64,000 nt of DNA from a virus: positions 1 through 64,000 of IMG/VR virus record IMGVR_UViG_3300027754_000069. One strand, written 5' to 3'. The translations under genes and the position numbers were made by a program. Under the pieces are notes generated by a model. It did not search any database. It saw nothing but the letters and a program-made list of their open reading frames with translations, and was not told the DNA's origin. Positions 1 to 8,217 of this stretch are shown here, piece after piece; position 1 is the first letter of the stretch; each line of letters begins with the position of its first letter.

Positions 1-82
1 CTAACCAACGAACTGAGCCAGCAAAGCTGGCAACTATTGTGGCAGTGGCAACAGCCAAGCCAGCCCATTCGTTGGTAGACAT
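1..82 (-). CDS. Small membrane protein of lysis cassette (partial, runs off window)
   Basis: Same N-terminus (MSTNEWAGLAVATATIVASFAG) as 40426..40629. Confidence 0.75.
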   Translation of the reverse strand, partial: MSTNEWAGLAVATATIVASFAGSVRWL

Positions 83-88
83 TATTCT
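1..88 (+). repeat. 88-bp exact direct repeat, copy 1
   Basis: ctaaccaacg...attattct identical to 40548..40635; first mismatch at 89/40636. Confidence 0.95.
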
Positions 89-270
89 ACTCCGCGACCA
101 AAGTCTGTAGATGACTGGTCAAGCCACTTAAGTACTGGACCAAGGAAGCCTGTTAGGGCTGCCATTCCTAGTGTCTTAAGGTCCGTCTCACCAACAAGGT
201 ATAAAGCGACAGCAGCTGATGCTGCTGCGCGGAACCAAGATAGTGCTGCTGCTTGAAACTTTGCGTTCAT
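82..270 (-). CDS. Putative holin
   Basis: 62 aa, two hydrophobic helices, upstream of endolysin in circular order; homologue 40629..40817. Confidence 0.7.
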   Translation of the reverse strand: MNAKFQAAALSWFRAAASAAVALYLVGETDLKTLGMAALTGFLGPVLKWLDQSSTDFGRGVE

Positions 271-283
271 TTATTTCTCCTTA

Positions 284-517
284 TTATTCTGTTGTTGTTT
301 CTTCTGGTGCAATAAATACATCTGCTGCAGAGTCATAGGTATAACCTGGACGAGCAAACACTCCACGGATACGACCAGTAAAGGATGTCTGAATCCAGTT
401 ACCACCTTCACCCCAGTACTTAGTTAGGTATTCAGTTGGGTCTGTTTCAAATTCATCTGGTACAGCAACTACAATATCTACTACATTATCTTCTTTTACT
501 TTTGCAAAATATGCCAT
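284..517 (-). CDS. Small tail-fibre-associated protein
   Basis: MAYFAKV...WIQTS...GYTYD motif; homologous to N-part of 40872..41219; follows fibre gene. Confidence 0.6.
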   Translation of the reverse strand: MAYFAKVKEDNVVDIVVAVPDEFETDPTEYLTKYWGEGGNWIQTSFTGRIRGVFARPGYTYDSAADVFIAPEETTTE

Positions 518-519
518 TT

Positions 520-2235
520 TTATACTCCGTTGTTTATTCCTGAGTTACCGTTTGCTGCACTTCCGATACCACCTTGCCCAGGTAAAATAGCCCCTAGGTT
601 TACAGTTGTTGCAGGTGCTGTATATACTGTAATAGGAATATATCTGGCTATTACACTGTTAGCGCCACTTTTAACATATCCTATTTCTACAAGAACAATA
701 GTATTAGCAACAACAATAACAATCTGTTTTGTCTGACTAACGTTCATACTAGAATTTATTCCACGATTACCAATTGCAAATAATGAATTATTATCATTAG
801 TTGCTATTGGTTGGTTAAGAGCAGTATTTAAGTGGTCAACAATTGAATAAGACATTGACTGCCCCGCTACCATTACACCATTTGGAAGAAATGTAGCCAT
901 TAGACCATAAGAGTTTGGTGCTCCACCGTAGTTTCCATTGTTAGTGCTACCACCGTAAACATTTCTAGATTGAAAACTTCCTACGCCAGTATAGACACCA
1001 GTCCTACTAAATCTAGCAAGGTAACCTTGCCCACTGTTATCACCAACCGCATAACTTAAACCAGTGCTTGCATTTGGAACCGCACAATACCATCCCATAT
1101 TAGTATCAGTTGTACCACCAGCGATTCTTGGGTCAACAACTCCATTAACATTTGAATATTCAACAGTATTTGTTGCAATATCCCATTGTGCCCAGTTGTG
1201 ACGCCAGCCATAATTTACATAAGTGCCGCTGTAGGTAATATCTTTGCACCCATTGTAGATAACTTTATTATTTACTCTATCATGAAAATAAGTCATAACG
1301 TTATTTAAAAGAGTACCTATGTTTGAACTGAGTGAAGCAAATGCAGTATTAGTATGACCAGGTGACATTGTTAATGTAGAACCTGTTGGAAAAGTTCCAG
1401 CACTGATGTTTCCCTTAATCCAACCCCAGCGGTAACCAGCAGCATCTGTCATTAACCCAGACTGGTCTAAATTATGCAATTCATTGCTTTTAATAAAGAA
1501 TGAGGAATGGAACTCGGTTGCATTATCACCACGAAAACCAATACCATTACCATTGTAAAATGTATTTCCTGATGATGCAATTACATTGCTCCAATATGTA
1601 GCATCCCAGGTGCCACTTGAATTAGCCCGCCATAGATAAAAATCTGATGTTCTAATTCTTCCGCTAGTTAAAGTGCCGTTTGAAGTAATTAAAAATGGAA
1701 GATTTCTATCGTAATCCCAACCAACTTGAAGGTCCTTGTGACTAAGGTCCGTAGTTGCAGTTGAAGATGCCCCACCAACTGTTGTTCTATTTCCAGTAAT
1801 GGTTCCTAAAGATTTATATGCTGAGTATGTTGGAGTAAAAGTAACATCAAACCCAACATCATTAAGTCCCGCTGCGCCATTGCTATTTCTTAGAGAGATT
1901 TGAACGTAAGCATCTCTTTGCAAGATAAGAATATTTCCTTTAGGGCTATTATCGTTTCCCATAAGAAACGGTCCTGGTCTGCCATTGTCGGCGTATTGGG
2001 TTAATACCGTCCATTCGCCACCACCTAGTGTGTAGTTTGCAGCAAAACTGCTTGACCCACCAATTGCAAAACCCATTGGCTGCGCCGAAACCGTGTACGT
2101 ACCTTTTGGAATAACATGACGAGTGGATGTTGCATTTGCTACTGTACTTGCTACAGCATTTGCCAGCATGTTTTTAATTACAATTGGAGTATAGGAAACA
2201 TTTGTTACTGAAGTACCGACAGTTGTTGCACCCAT
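520..2235 (-). CDS. Putative receptor-binding/tail protein
   Basis: 571 aa, G/N/S/T/Y-rich beta-type composition, distal tail cassette; no orthologue in unit B. Confidence 0.55.
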   Translation of the reverse strand: MGATTVGTSVTNVSYTPIVIKNMLANAVASTVANATSTRHVIPKGTYTVSAQPMGFAIGGSSSFAANYTLGGGEWTVLTQYADNGRPGPFLMGNDNSPKGNILILQRDAYVQISLRNSNGAAGLNDVGFDVTFTPTYSAYKSLGTITGNRTTVGGASSTATTDLSHKDLQVGWDYDRNLPFLITSNGTLTSGRIRTSDFYLWRANSSGTWDATYWSNVIASSGNTFYNGNGIGFRGDNATEFHSSFFIKSNELHNLDQSGLMTDAAGYRWGWIKGNISAGTFPTGSTLTMSPGHTNTAFASLSSNIGTLLNNVMTYFHDRVNNKVIYNGCKDITYSGTYVNYGWRHNWAQWDIATNTVEYSNVNGVVDPRIAGGTTDTNMGWYCAVPNASTGLSYAVGDNSGQGYLARFSRTGVYTGVGSFQSRNVYGGSTNNGNYGGAPNSYGLMATFLPNGVMVAGQSMSYSIVDHLNTALNQPIATNDNNSLFAIGNRGINSSMNVSQTKQIVIVVANTIVLVEIGYVKSGANSVIARYIPITVYTAPATTVNLGAILPGQGGIGSAANGNSGINNGV

Positions 2236-2537
2236 TATACTATCTCCACTCCGCTAATATGGAAGTTAACAGTTGTTGCGTTTGCCAAACCAGTAATTGT
2301 TTGAGTTGCGGCTAGCACTTGTTTTAAGTCAATAAATGTTGTTGCATTTGCAGGTACTGCACCACCCGATACTAAAGCAACTCCATTAAGGTTAATAGTA
2401 AATGTTGCATCATTGATTGATGTATTTGCTACTGCAATGTTTGTGACAACCGCAGTACTTCCTGCAGGTGTTGTATAGAGGGTTGTACTTGATGTTGCTG
2501 CTGCTGTACGAGACAGCACCTTTGATATAACAGCCAT
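2235..2537 (-). CDS. Small tail structural protein
   Basis: 100 aa beta-rich; good RBS (AACCGAAAGG); between fibre genes. Confidence 0.6.
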   Translation of the reverse strand: MAVISKVLSRTAAATSSTTLYTTPAGSTAVVTNIAVANTSINDATFTINLNGVALVSGGAVPANATTFIDLKQVLAATQTITGLANATTVNFHISGVEIV

Positions 2538-2557
2538 TAGTTACTGTTTCCTTTCGG

Positions 2558-4327
2558 TTAGAGGTATGCACCCATGATGATTTGTTGTTGTATTTCTTCT
2601 ATCTGTACTGTTGTCGGTCCACCAGCCACAGTTGACCATAGGATTCCAGAGCCAGTTGATTGCAAATACTGACCATTGGTACCAGATGATGCTGCTGCAG
2701 TTAGTGTTCCAGTTAATGTTAAGTTAGAAATTGTAGGACTTGTTCCAAATACTAGCGAACCTGAACCAGTCTCGTCTGAAATAACTCCTGCTAATTCTGC
2801 AGAAGTAGTAGCAGCAAGTTGCGATAATTTATCTGTAGTAACTACTAGAGTCTTAGATGTAGGAATAGTTGTTGAGTTAATGGTTAAGCCAGCAATATTG
2901 GTATAAGTAGTACCAGAGGCAATTGTTGTGCTACCAAGAGTCGGTGCCGAATAAATGCTAGTTGTAGCAATCTGTACCCAAGTAGAACCTGACCACACAT
3001 ACATATTGTTAAGTGTAGAATTCCAATAGATAGCACCAACAAGAAGTGTGTTGCCATCATTGTCTACTGTAGGAGTAGTTGCCTTGCTACCAAGATAGCG
3101 GTCATCAAAATCATCGTATGTTGTTGCAGCAGAAGAAGCACTCGTTAAAGCACTTGATGCCGATGTAGCAGCAGACGATGCGCTAGTAGCTGCAGCAGAG
3201 GCAGATGATGCCGATGCGGAAGCCGATGCGGAGGCGCTTGTTGCGCTTGTTGCAGCTGCAGTTGCGCTTGTACCAGCAGATGTTGCACTGGTAGCAGCAG
3301 CGGTAGCGCTTGCAGAAGCGTTTGTAGCACTGGTTGCAGCTGCTGCTGCACTTGCAGCAGCGCTGGTTGCACTGGTTGCTGCCTGTGATGCAGAAGTTGT
3401 AGCAGTTGCTGCTGAGTTGGATGCAGTAGTTGCTGACCCTGCAGCTGCCGATGCTGATGCTGCTGCGTTGGATGCAGATGTTCCTGCACTGGTTGCACTG
3501 GTTGCAGCGCTAGATGCTGAAGTGGCTGCTGCTGTTTGAGAAGTCAATGCCGATGTTGCAGAAGTTGCAGCAGCCGTCTGTGATGTTAACGCTGAGCTAG
3601 CACTGGTTGCTGCTGCGGTTTGGCTAGCAAGTGCAGAAGATGCACTGGTTGCTGCTGCAGATGCAGAAGCAGATGCACTTGTGGCACTTGTTGCTGCAGC
3701 GGTAGCCGATGTTGCAGCTGATGCTGCAGAAGTAGATGCTGCAGTAGCAGAACCAAGAATGTTGTCTACATAGTTTTTAGGAGTAGCAGACGAGTCAACC
3801 ATGCCAGCAGATGACAATCCAGTAATAGTTGCGCTGGTAATTGTACCGCCAGTAATTGTTGCTGATGATGTGAAGGCACCAGTTAATGTTCCACCAGCAT
3901 GTGCTGCTGTTGTAATAGTACCACCAGTAATTGTCGGTGAAGTAAGCGTCTTGCTAGTAAGTGTTTGTGCTCCGCCAGTACCAACAACATCTCCAGTTAC
4001 GTTGTGTGCTGTGCTTGCCACCTCGTGTGCGCGAGACTCAGTAAAGTCTCTAGCGGACACACCATGTTCAATGATTGCACCAATGTTGTGAGCCTTTGCT
4101 GTGGTTCCGTCTTGACCACGAAGAATGGTGTAAGCAGTACCAACTAAAGTAGTGACACTAACAATTTCTTCGTTAGCCGTATCCTTTTCAAGAATAAGCG
4201 TAAATGGATATTGTGATGGTAGACCAGAAGCGGTAGCAATCTGAAGGCTAGTTGAAGCCGAATCGATAGCAACAGCTACCGTTGTCTTTGCAGCGGTTGA
4301 GCTATAATAACGTGATGGTGATGGCAT
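2558..4327 (-). CDS. Tail fibre protein with Ala/Ser/Thr-rich stalk
   Basis: N-terminal anchor shared with 43742..45361; long (SAATSA)-like low-complexity segment. Confidence 0.75.
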   Translation of the reverse strand: MPSPSRYYSSTAAKTTVAVAIDSASTSLQIATASGLPSQYPFTLILEKDTANEEIVSVTTLVGTAYTILRGQDGTTAKAHNIGAIIEHGVSARDFTESRAHEVASTAHNVTGDVVGTGGAQTLTSKTLTSPTITGGTITTAAHAGGTLTGAFTSSATITGGTITSATITGLSSAGMVDSSATPKNYVDNILGSATAASTSAASAATSATAAATSATSASASASAAATSASSALASQTAAATSASSALTSQTAAATSATSALTSQTAAATSASSAATSATSAGTSASNAAASASAAAGSATTASNSAATATTSASQAATSATSAAASAAAAATSATNASASATAAATSATSAGTSATAAATSATSASASASASASSASAAATSASSAATSASSALTSASSAATTYDDFDDRYLGSKATTPTVDNDGNTLLVGAIYWNSTLNNMYVWSGSTWVQIATTSIYSAPTLGSTTIASGTTYTNIAGLTINSTTIPTSKTLVVTTDKLSQLAATTSAELAGVISDETGSGSLVFGTSPTISNLTLTGTLTAAASSGTNGQYLQSTGSGILWSTVAGGPTTVQIEEIQQQIIMGAYL

Positions 4328-4330
4328 TTG

Positions 4331-5230
4331 TTACCTCGTATACTGGATGATGTTTAGGAAGTTTGCCTGTTGCTTAGCAATTTCTTCTGCCAAGCGAACA
4401 GAATAAAGTTGGAAGATGTACTTTGCAGCATTAGTTGATGCACCTGGTGCTACTGGTTGGTCTAGTGCATCAGCAGATACTGATACCGCTGTAACCTTTC
4501 CTGGGTCTACTGTTGAAAGTAGTCGATACATTGCACCAAGTCGAACGACATCTTCGCAAGAAGATGGAAGACCGCTTGCTGTTAAATCCTGACCATTGGT
4601 AATTGCTGTTGGATACTTTGTATATTGAACTCGAACATCACGACCAGGCATTGGTGATTCTTTAAGAATCAAAGCCTGTCTTGTGGTTCCAGTATCTGGG
4701 TCATAGTAATTTGTATCCAAACGCCAGTTCTTAATAATCTGCCATACTCCTGTTGAATCTGGTACGTCCCATGAGATTCCAGTAATATCTACCAATGAAT
4801 CTGGCATAACGTATGAGTAGTCAGCTCCGTTAAATTCAAATGTTTCATTTGTTACAACAGGAAAAGTCATTCCCTTGATTGTTTCTAGCAACGCTCTCTT
4901 TACCTGAGAACGTGGGAACAATGGGTTGTTGCGAACAATCGAGCCAGACACGTGACTTGTTGCTGTAGTCCCACGCCATCCACGACCAGAAGGGTTTCCG
5001 CTGGTTCCGATAATCTCAATAGTTCCGCTGTCTGCAATAGATTTCTTTACGTAGAGAAGTTCTTCTTCGATTTCTACAACGCCTTTGCTGAGGGATTTAA
5101 CATCGTCTACTGCAATAGTAAGGTCATTAGCAGCAATGCTACTAGTGATGACAGTAATTGAATCTTGGTTCTTGATATAAGAACCAACCTCAGCAATAGT
5201 CTGTTCAACTAATTCCGATAATATAGTCAT
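4331..5230 (-). CDS. Head-tail adaptor / tail tubular A-like protein
   Basis: 299 aa, position after capsid cluster and before fibre; homologue 45365..46264 of the same length. Confidence 0.55.
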   Translation of the reverse strand: MTILSELVEQTIAEVGSYIKNQDSITVITSSIAANDLTIAVDDVKSLSKGVVEIEEELLYVKKSIADSGTIEIIGTSGNPSGRGWRGTTATSHVSGSIVRNNPLFPRSQVKRALLETIKGMTFPVVTNETFEFNGADYSYVMPDSLVDITGISWDVPDSTGVWQIIKNWRLDTNYYDPDTGTTRQALILKESPMPGRDVRVQYTKYPTAITNGQDLTASGLPSSCEDVVRLGAMYRLLSTVDPGKVTAVSVSADALDQPVAPGASTNAAKYIFQLYSVRLAEEIAKQQANFLNIIQYTR

Positions 5231-5472
5231 TATGCTTGTGCTGCCCTTCCTATTTTTTCAGATACTCGTACAGCTTTTTGAATATCTTTCATCTTGGTTG
5301 ATGCTGGTTGAATACCGAGTTTGCGAGCATCGCGGTAGGCGCTTAACTCTCTATCGGTTGTCTTAATAAAAGTTGCTGCGCCTTCGTGACTGACGCCAAT
5401 ATTTGCATCACGTAAACAATCACCATAACTTCCATGGTCTTGCGTACGACATCCGCTTCTACACTTCGACAA
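5230..5472 (-). CDS. Conserved hypothetical protein (CRSGC..QDH..C)
   Basis: Homologue 46264..46506; TTG start chosen by alignment. Confidence 0.7.
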   Translation of the reverse strand: MSKCRSGCRTQDHGSYGDCLRDANIGVSHEGAATFIKTTDRELSAYRDARKLGIQPASTKMKDIQKAVRVSEKIGRAAQA

Positions 5473-5713
5473 CGTAATCCCCATACCCTGCAGCGGTTAG
5501 CTCCGCTGCCTCTGCGTCAGTAATTGGGTTGTCGTATCCACCACGTAATACCTTTTGGTAACTAGCAAGACTAGAGTCTTGCGGAGATACGATTGTCTTC
5601 CAGATTCCATTGTCTTTGACAACGGTCTTTCCCCATGGATATGAAACAAACCATAGGTCATTCTGCATGCCTAGCTTTATTCTCATGGTTGGTCCACGGA
5701 AAATTTTTGCCAT
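5459..5713 (-). CDS. Conserved hypothetical virion-region protein
   Basis: Homologue 46499..46753; stop/start overlap. Confidence 0.7.
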   Translation of the reverse strand: MAKIFRGPTMRIKLGMQNDLWFVSYPWGKTVVKDNGIWKTIVSPQDSSLASYQKVLRGGYDNPITDAEAAELTAAGYGDYVVEV

Positions 5714-5988
5714 TACCATTTCACCTTATCTGCCCAATAGGCTGCTGACATAACACCCTTATTAATGTTCTTTGCATGACGTGCTTTAAAAGATTGACGA
5801 CGTTGGCGATATGATTTTGTTTCACCAGATTTTTCTGGTGAACCAGATACACCTTGTTGACCAAAACGGATAGTCTTTATTTGAGAACCAGATTTGGCTA
5901 CAACAACATGAGACTTCTTGGGATGTGAAGGTGTAGCCTTTGGCTTATTAAAGCCAGATACACCTGCTCGTTTTAGTCTTGGGTCCAT
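5713..5988 (-). CDS. Conserved basic phage protein (KTIRFG...SFKARH...AYWA)
   Basis: Near-identical homologue 46753..47028. Confidence 0.8.
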   Translation of the reverse strand: MDPRLKRAGVSGFNKPKATPSHPKKSHVVVAKSGSQIKTIRFGQQGVSGSPEKSGETKSYRQRRQSFKARHAKNINKGVMSAAYWADKVKW

Positions 5989-6159
5989 TTACTTCTTCTT
6001 TGCTTTAGGCTTCTTGACCCCTGGCTTTGCTTTACCAGTCATTGACAAAGCAATAGCAATTGCCTGCTTTGGGTTCTTTACTACTTTGCCACCTTTACCA
6101 GAGTGAAGTCCTCCAGCTTTGAATTCATGCATTACTGCTTTAACTGATTTCTTTGGCAT
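5989..6159 (-). CDS. Small basic protein, DUF6496-like
   Basis: VMHEFKxGxLHSG...KQAIAIALS motif; homologue 47029..47199. Confidence 0.65.
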   Translation of the reverse strand: MPKKSVKAVMHEFKAGGLHSGKGGKVVKNPKQAIAIALSMTGKAKPGVKKPKAKKK

Positions 6160-6215
6160 TAGCACTTGCACTTCGACTTAGCTTTGCCACACTTCTTGCA
6201 CATCTTTGTTGGCAT
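6159..6215 (-). CDS. Putative 18-aa Cys/Lys-rich microprotein MPTKMCKKCGKAKSKCKC
   Basis: Fills the gap between two genes exactly, TAATG coupling to next start; below the ORF-track cutoff. Confidence 0.45.
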   Translation of the reverse strand: MPTKMCKKCGKAKSKCKC

Positions 6216-6217
6216 GA

Positions 6218-6370
6218 TTACATACCCTTCTTCTTCTTAAGGGCTGGCTTCTTGACGGCTGGCTTCATTTTAACCTTGCCATATTCCATCATCATTTCTT
6301 TTTTGCCTTCAGACTTCTCATGCTTTTTCATTGCAGTCTTTGACTTGTACTTCTCATTCTTCATTGACAT
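6218..6370 (-). CDS. Small Lys/Met-rich protein
   Basis: MSMKNEKYKS...KKPALKKKKGM; homologue 47199..47393. Confidence 0.65.
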   Translation of the reverse strand: MSMKNEKYKSKTAMKKHEKSEGKKEMMMEYGKVKMKPAVKKPALKKKKGM

Positions 6371-6563
6371 CGTCTAACCCTTCATCTAGAAAATCTAATC
6401 CTTCTAATTCCAAATCGGGAAGCTGGCGCATTAACAATTCCCATGCTTCACCTTCACTAAACCCTGCTTCTTTGTACTCCGTGTAAAGCTCGTGAGCTTG
6501 AACAGCATGTAATTTAAGCGGTGTTAAGAAAGTTATATCTGGTTTTTGTTTCTTCTTTGTCAT
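6354..6563 (-). CDS. Hypothetical protein (HExY..AGFSxxEAWxLL)
   Basis: Homologue 47377..47589. Confidence 0.7.
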   Translation of the reverse strand: MTKKKQKPDITFLTPLKLHAVQAHELYTEYKEAGFSEGEAWELLMRQLPDLELEGLDFLDEGLDDVNEE

Positions 6564-6577
6564 ATCTCCCCTAAGTA

Positions 6578-6603
6578 GAAGGGGGAGGTTGCCCTCCCCC
6601 TTC
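6578..6603 (-). terminator. Hairpin after major capsid gene (probable leaky terminator)
   Basis: 11-bp stem GAAGGGGGAGG/CCTCCCCCTTC, GCAA tetraloop on minus strand, weak U-tract. Confidence 0.7.
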
Positions 6604-6611
6604 CGTCAAAG

Positions 6612-7589
6612 TTACGCTGTTGCGATGCTTGACTTGGTCTGGATAACGTAACGTGCTTCCTTGCGGTAGACGTTCCATCCGAGTAGACCCTTCCAACCCG
6701 CTGGGCGGAAGCGCATCAACTTATCTGTAACTGGACCGATGACAGTCTTTGGCTCATATGAAACAGCCTCAACAAGAGCCTGCTTACCAAGGAGTACAGT
6801 TGCGTAAACCTTAGATGTACCTGAACCTGAGATTGACTCAGCACGTGGTGTTTCGATGTAACGAACCTGGTCGAAGATACCAATTTCACCATTCCATAGG
6901 TTGGCAACGCCAGCCTCTGTGTAGGTGTGTGGTAGCTGCCATGAAACGTTTCCAGATGATGCTGCTTCTGAACGAAGGTCATATGAAACATCTGGGTGAA
7001 TAAGTGCTGTGTAGAATCCACCATCACGTGGCTGAACAGATGCGCCACGAAGCTTTGCTACTGCCTTGCGAGCAAGTGCTGCAGACATGTATGGAGCTGT
7101 GGTTGAAGCAGATACGTTCTCACCGTTGATGGTTGATTCATCAGCAGATGATGTACCTGTGTAGCGCATTGTTGCAAGTGATGTTAGCTTTGCCCATACA
7201 AGTGAATCCAATGAATCGCGCATGTTGAATGCCAACATATCTGCGACCGCTGGGTCAATTGCTGATAGGGACTCTAGAGCTAGACGCTCTGTTGTGATGA
7301 CAGCATTACCGAATTCATCTACAACTACGTTCACCTTGTCGGTGTTTGATAGTGTAACTGCATCTGGGTCCTGTGTCTGAGTTAGTGCTGTAGTAGCACG
7401 TGATAGGTCCTTGTAGACCTGGAATACGACAGTGTTGCCTGGGTTTGTTACATCGACAGGGCGCTTGTCCGCAAACTTGCGGAACATTGGCTCTGAACGA
7501 AGGTTAAACTCAATCAGCTTGTCATACGAGGTTTGAATCAAGTTCGACAACGTTGACGTTGTCGTACTCGTTGCTGGTGTAGTAGGCAT
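6612..7589 (-). CDS. Major capsid protein (N4-gp56-like family)
   Basis: 325 aa after acidic scaffold, followed by hairpin; motifs EFGNAV, IHPDVSYDL, GEIG, DKLMRFRPAGWK. Confidence 0.9.
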   Translation of the reverse strand: MPTTPATSTTTSTLSNLIQTSYDKLIEFNLRSEPMFRKFADKRPVDVTNPGNTVVFQVYKDLSRATTALTQTQDPDAVTLSNTDKVNVVVDEFGNAVITTERLALESLSAIDPAVADMLAFNMRDSLDSLVWAKLTSLATMRYTGTSSADESTINGENVSASTTAPYMSAALARKAVAKLRGASVQPRDGGFYTALIHPDVSYDLRSEAASSGNVSWQLPHTYTEAGVANLWNGEIGIFDQVRYIETPRAESISGSGTSKVYATVLLGKQALVEAVSYEPKTVIGPVTDKLMRFRPAGWKGLLGWNVYRKEARYVIQTKSSIATA

Positions 7590-7624
7590 GATTTCCTTCT
7601 ATTAGGGTTTTATGTGGACTTTTG

Positions 7625-8074
7625 TTAGCCCTGAATTAGTTTCATTAACTCTTCTTTGGTACCAGCATTTCCAATACGAGATTGCAAATCCTGTCCAACG
7701 TAAGGGTCAATGTTTCCATCATCCAGGCTAGACATATGCTCATATGCTTGAGCATCTGAGGAGGCTTCCCCTCCTTCTTCAACGGCTTCGATACCGAAAG
7801 CATCACCGTATTCGTTCAACCATTCAGCAATCGCATCCGCGTCGGCTTCGACTTCAGATGGTATGAACTGAGCGATTCTTGGGTTTAACCCGAATGATTC
7901 TAGGATTTCTCCGACTGACGATTCGTGACTATAAGTCGTGAACTCTTCAATAAGCGATTCTTTTTCCTTCAATGATTTTTGAAGTCCATCGATTTGCTTA
8001 CGAAGTTTCTTGACTAAGTCACTACCGCTGTAGTCTTCGTCGTCTTCGATTTCGTATTCGTAGTTATCTGCCAT
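7625..8074 (-). CDS. Capsid scaffolding protein
   Basis: 149 aa, very acidic with coiled coil, immediately upstream of MCP. Confidence 0.75.
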   Translation of the reverse strand: MADNYEYEIEDDEDYSGSDLVKKLRKQIDGLQKSLKEKESLIEEFTTYSHESSVGEILESFGLNPRIAQFIPSEVEADADAIAEWLNEYGDAFGIEAVEEGGEASSDAQAYEHMSSLDDGNIDPYVGQDLQSRIGNAGTKEELMKLIQG

Positions 8075-8217
8075 TGCTTTTTCTCCCTATTAGTTAGTTG
8101 AAACCCTCATCGGGTTTGCACCACACGTACTCCTCACAAGGGGTAGTGATTCATAGACGTGATGACTTCCAGACTTATACACATCACCAGGGCTGGACAA
8201 TCTGGGACGGAACTTAA
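8075..8217 (-). ncRNA. Structured cis-regulatory RNA leader (H-type pseudoknot plus hairpins) upstream of scaffold gene
   Basis: Highly conserved with 49107..49247; three fully compensatory base-pair changes between the copies. Confidence 0.7.

Noticed and set aside
3120-3750. Tandem DNA repeat array (also ~43850..44850)
   Set aside because: Degenerate codon-level similarity from Ala/Ser/Thr-rich fibre stalks, not a DNA-level array
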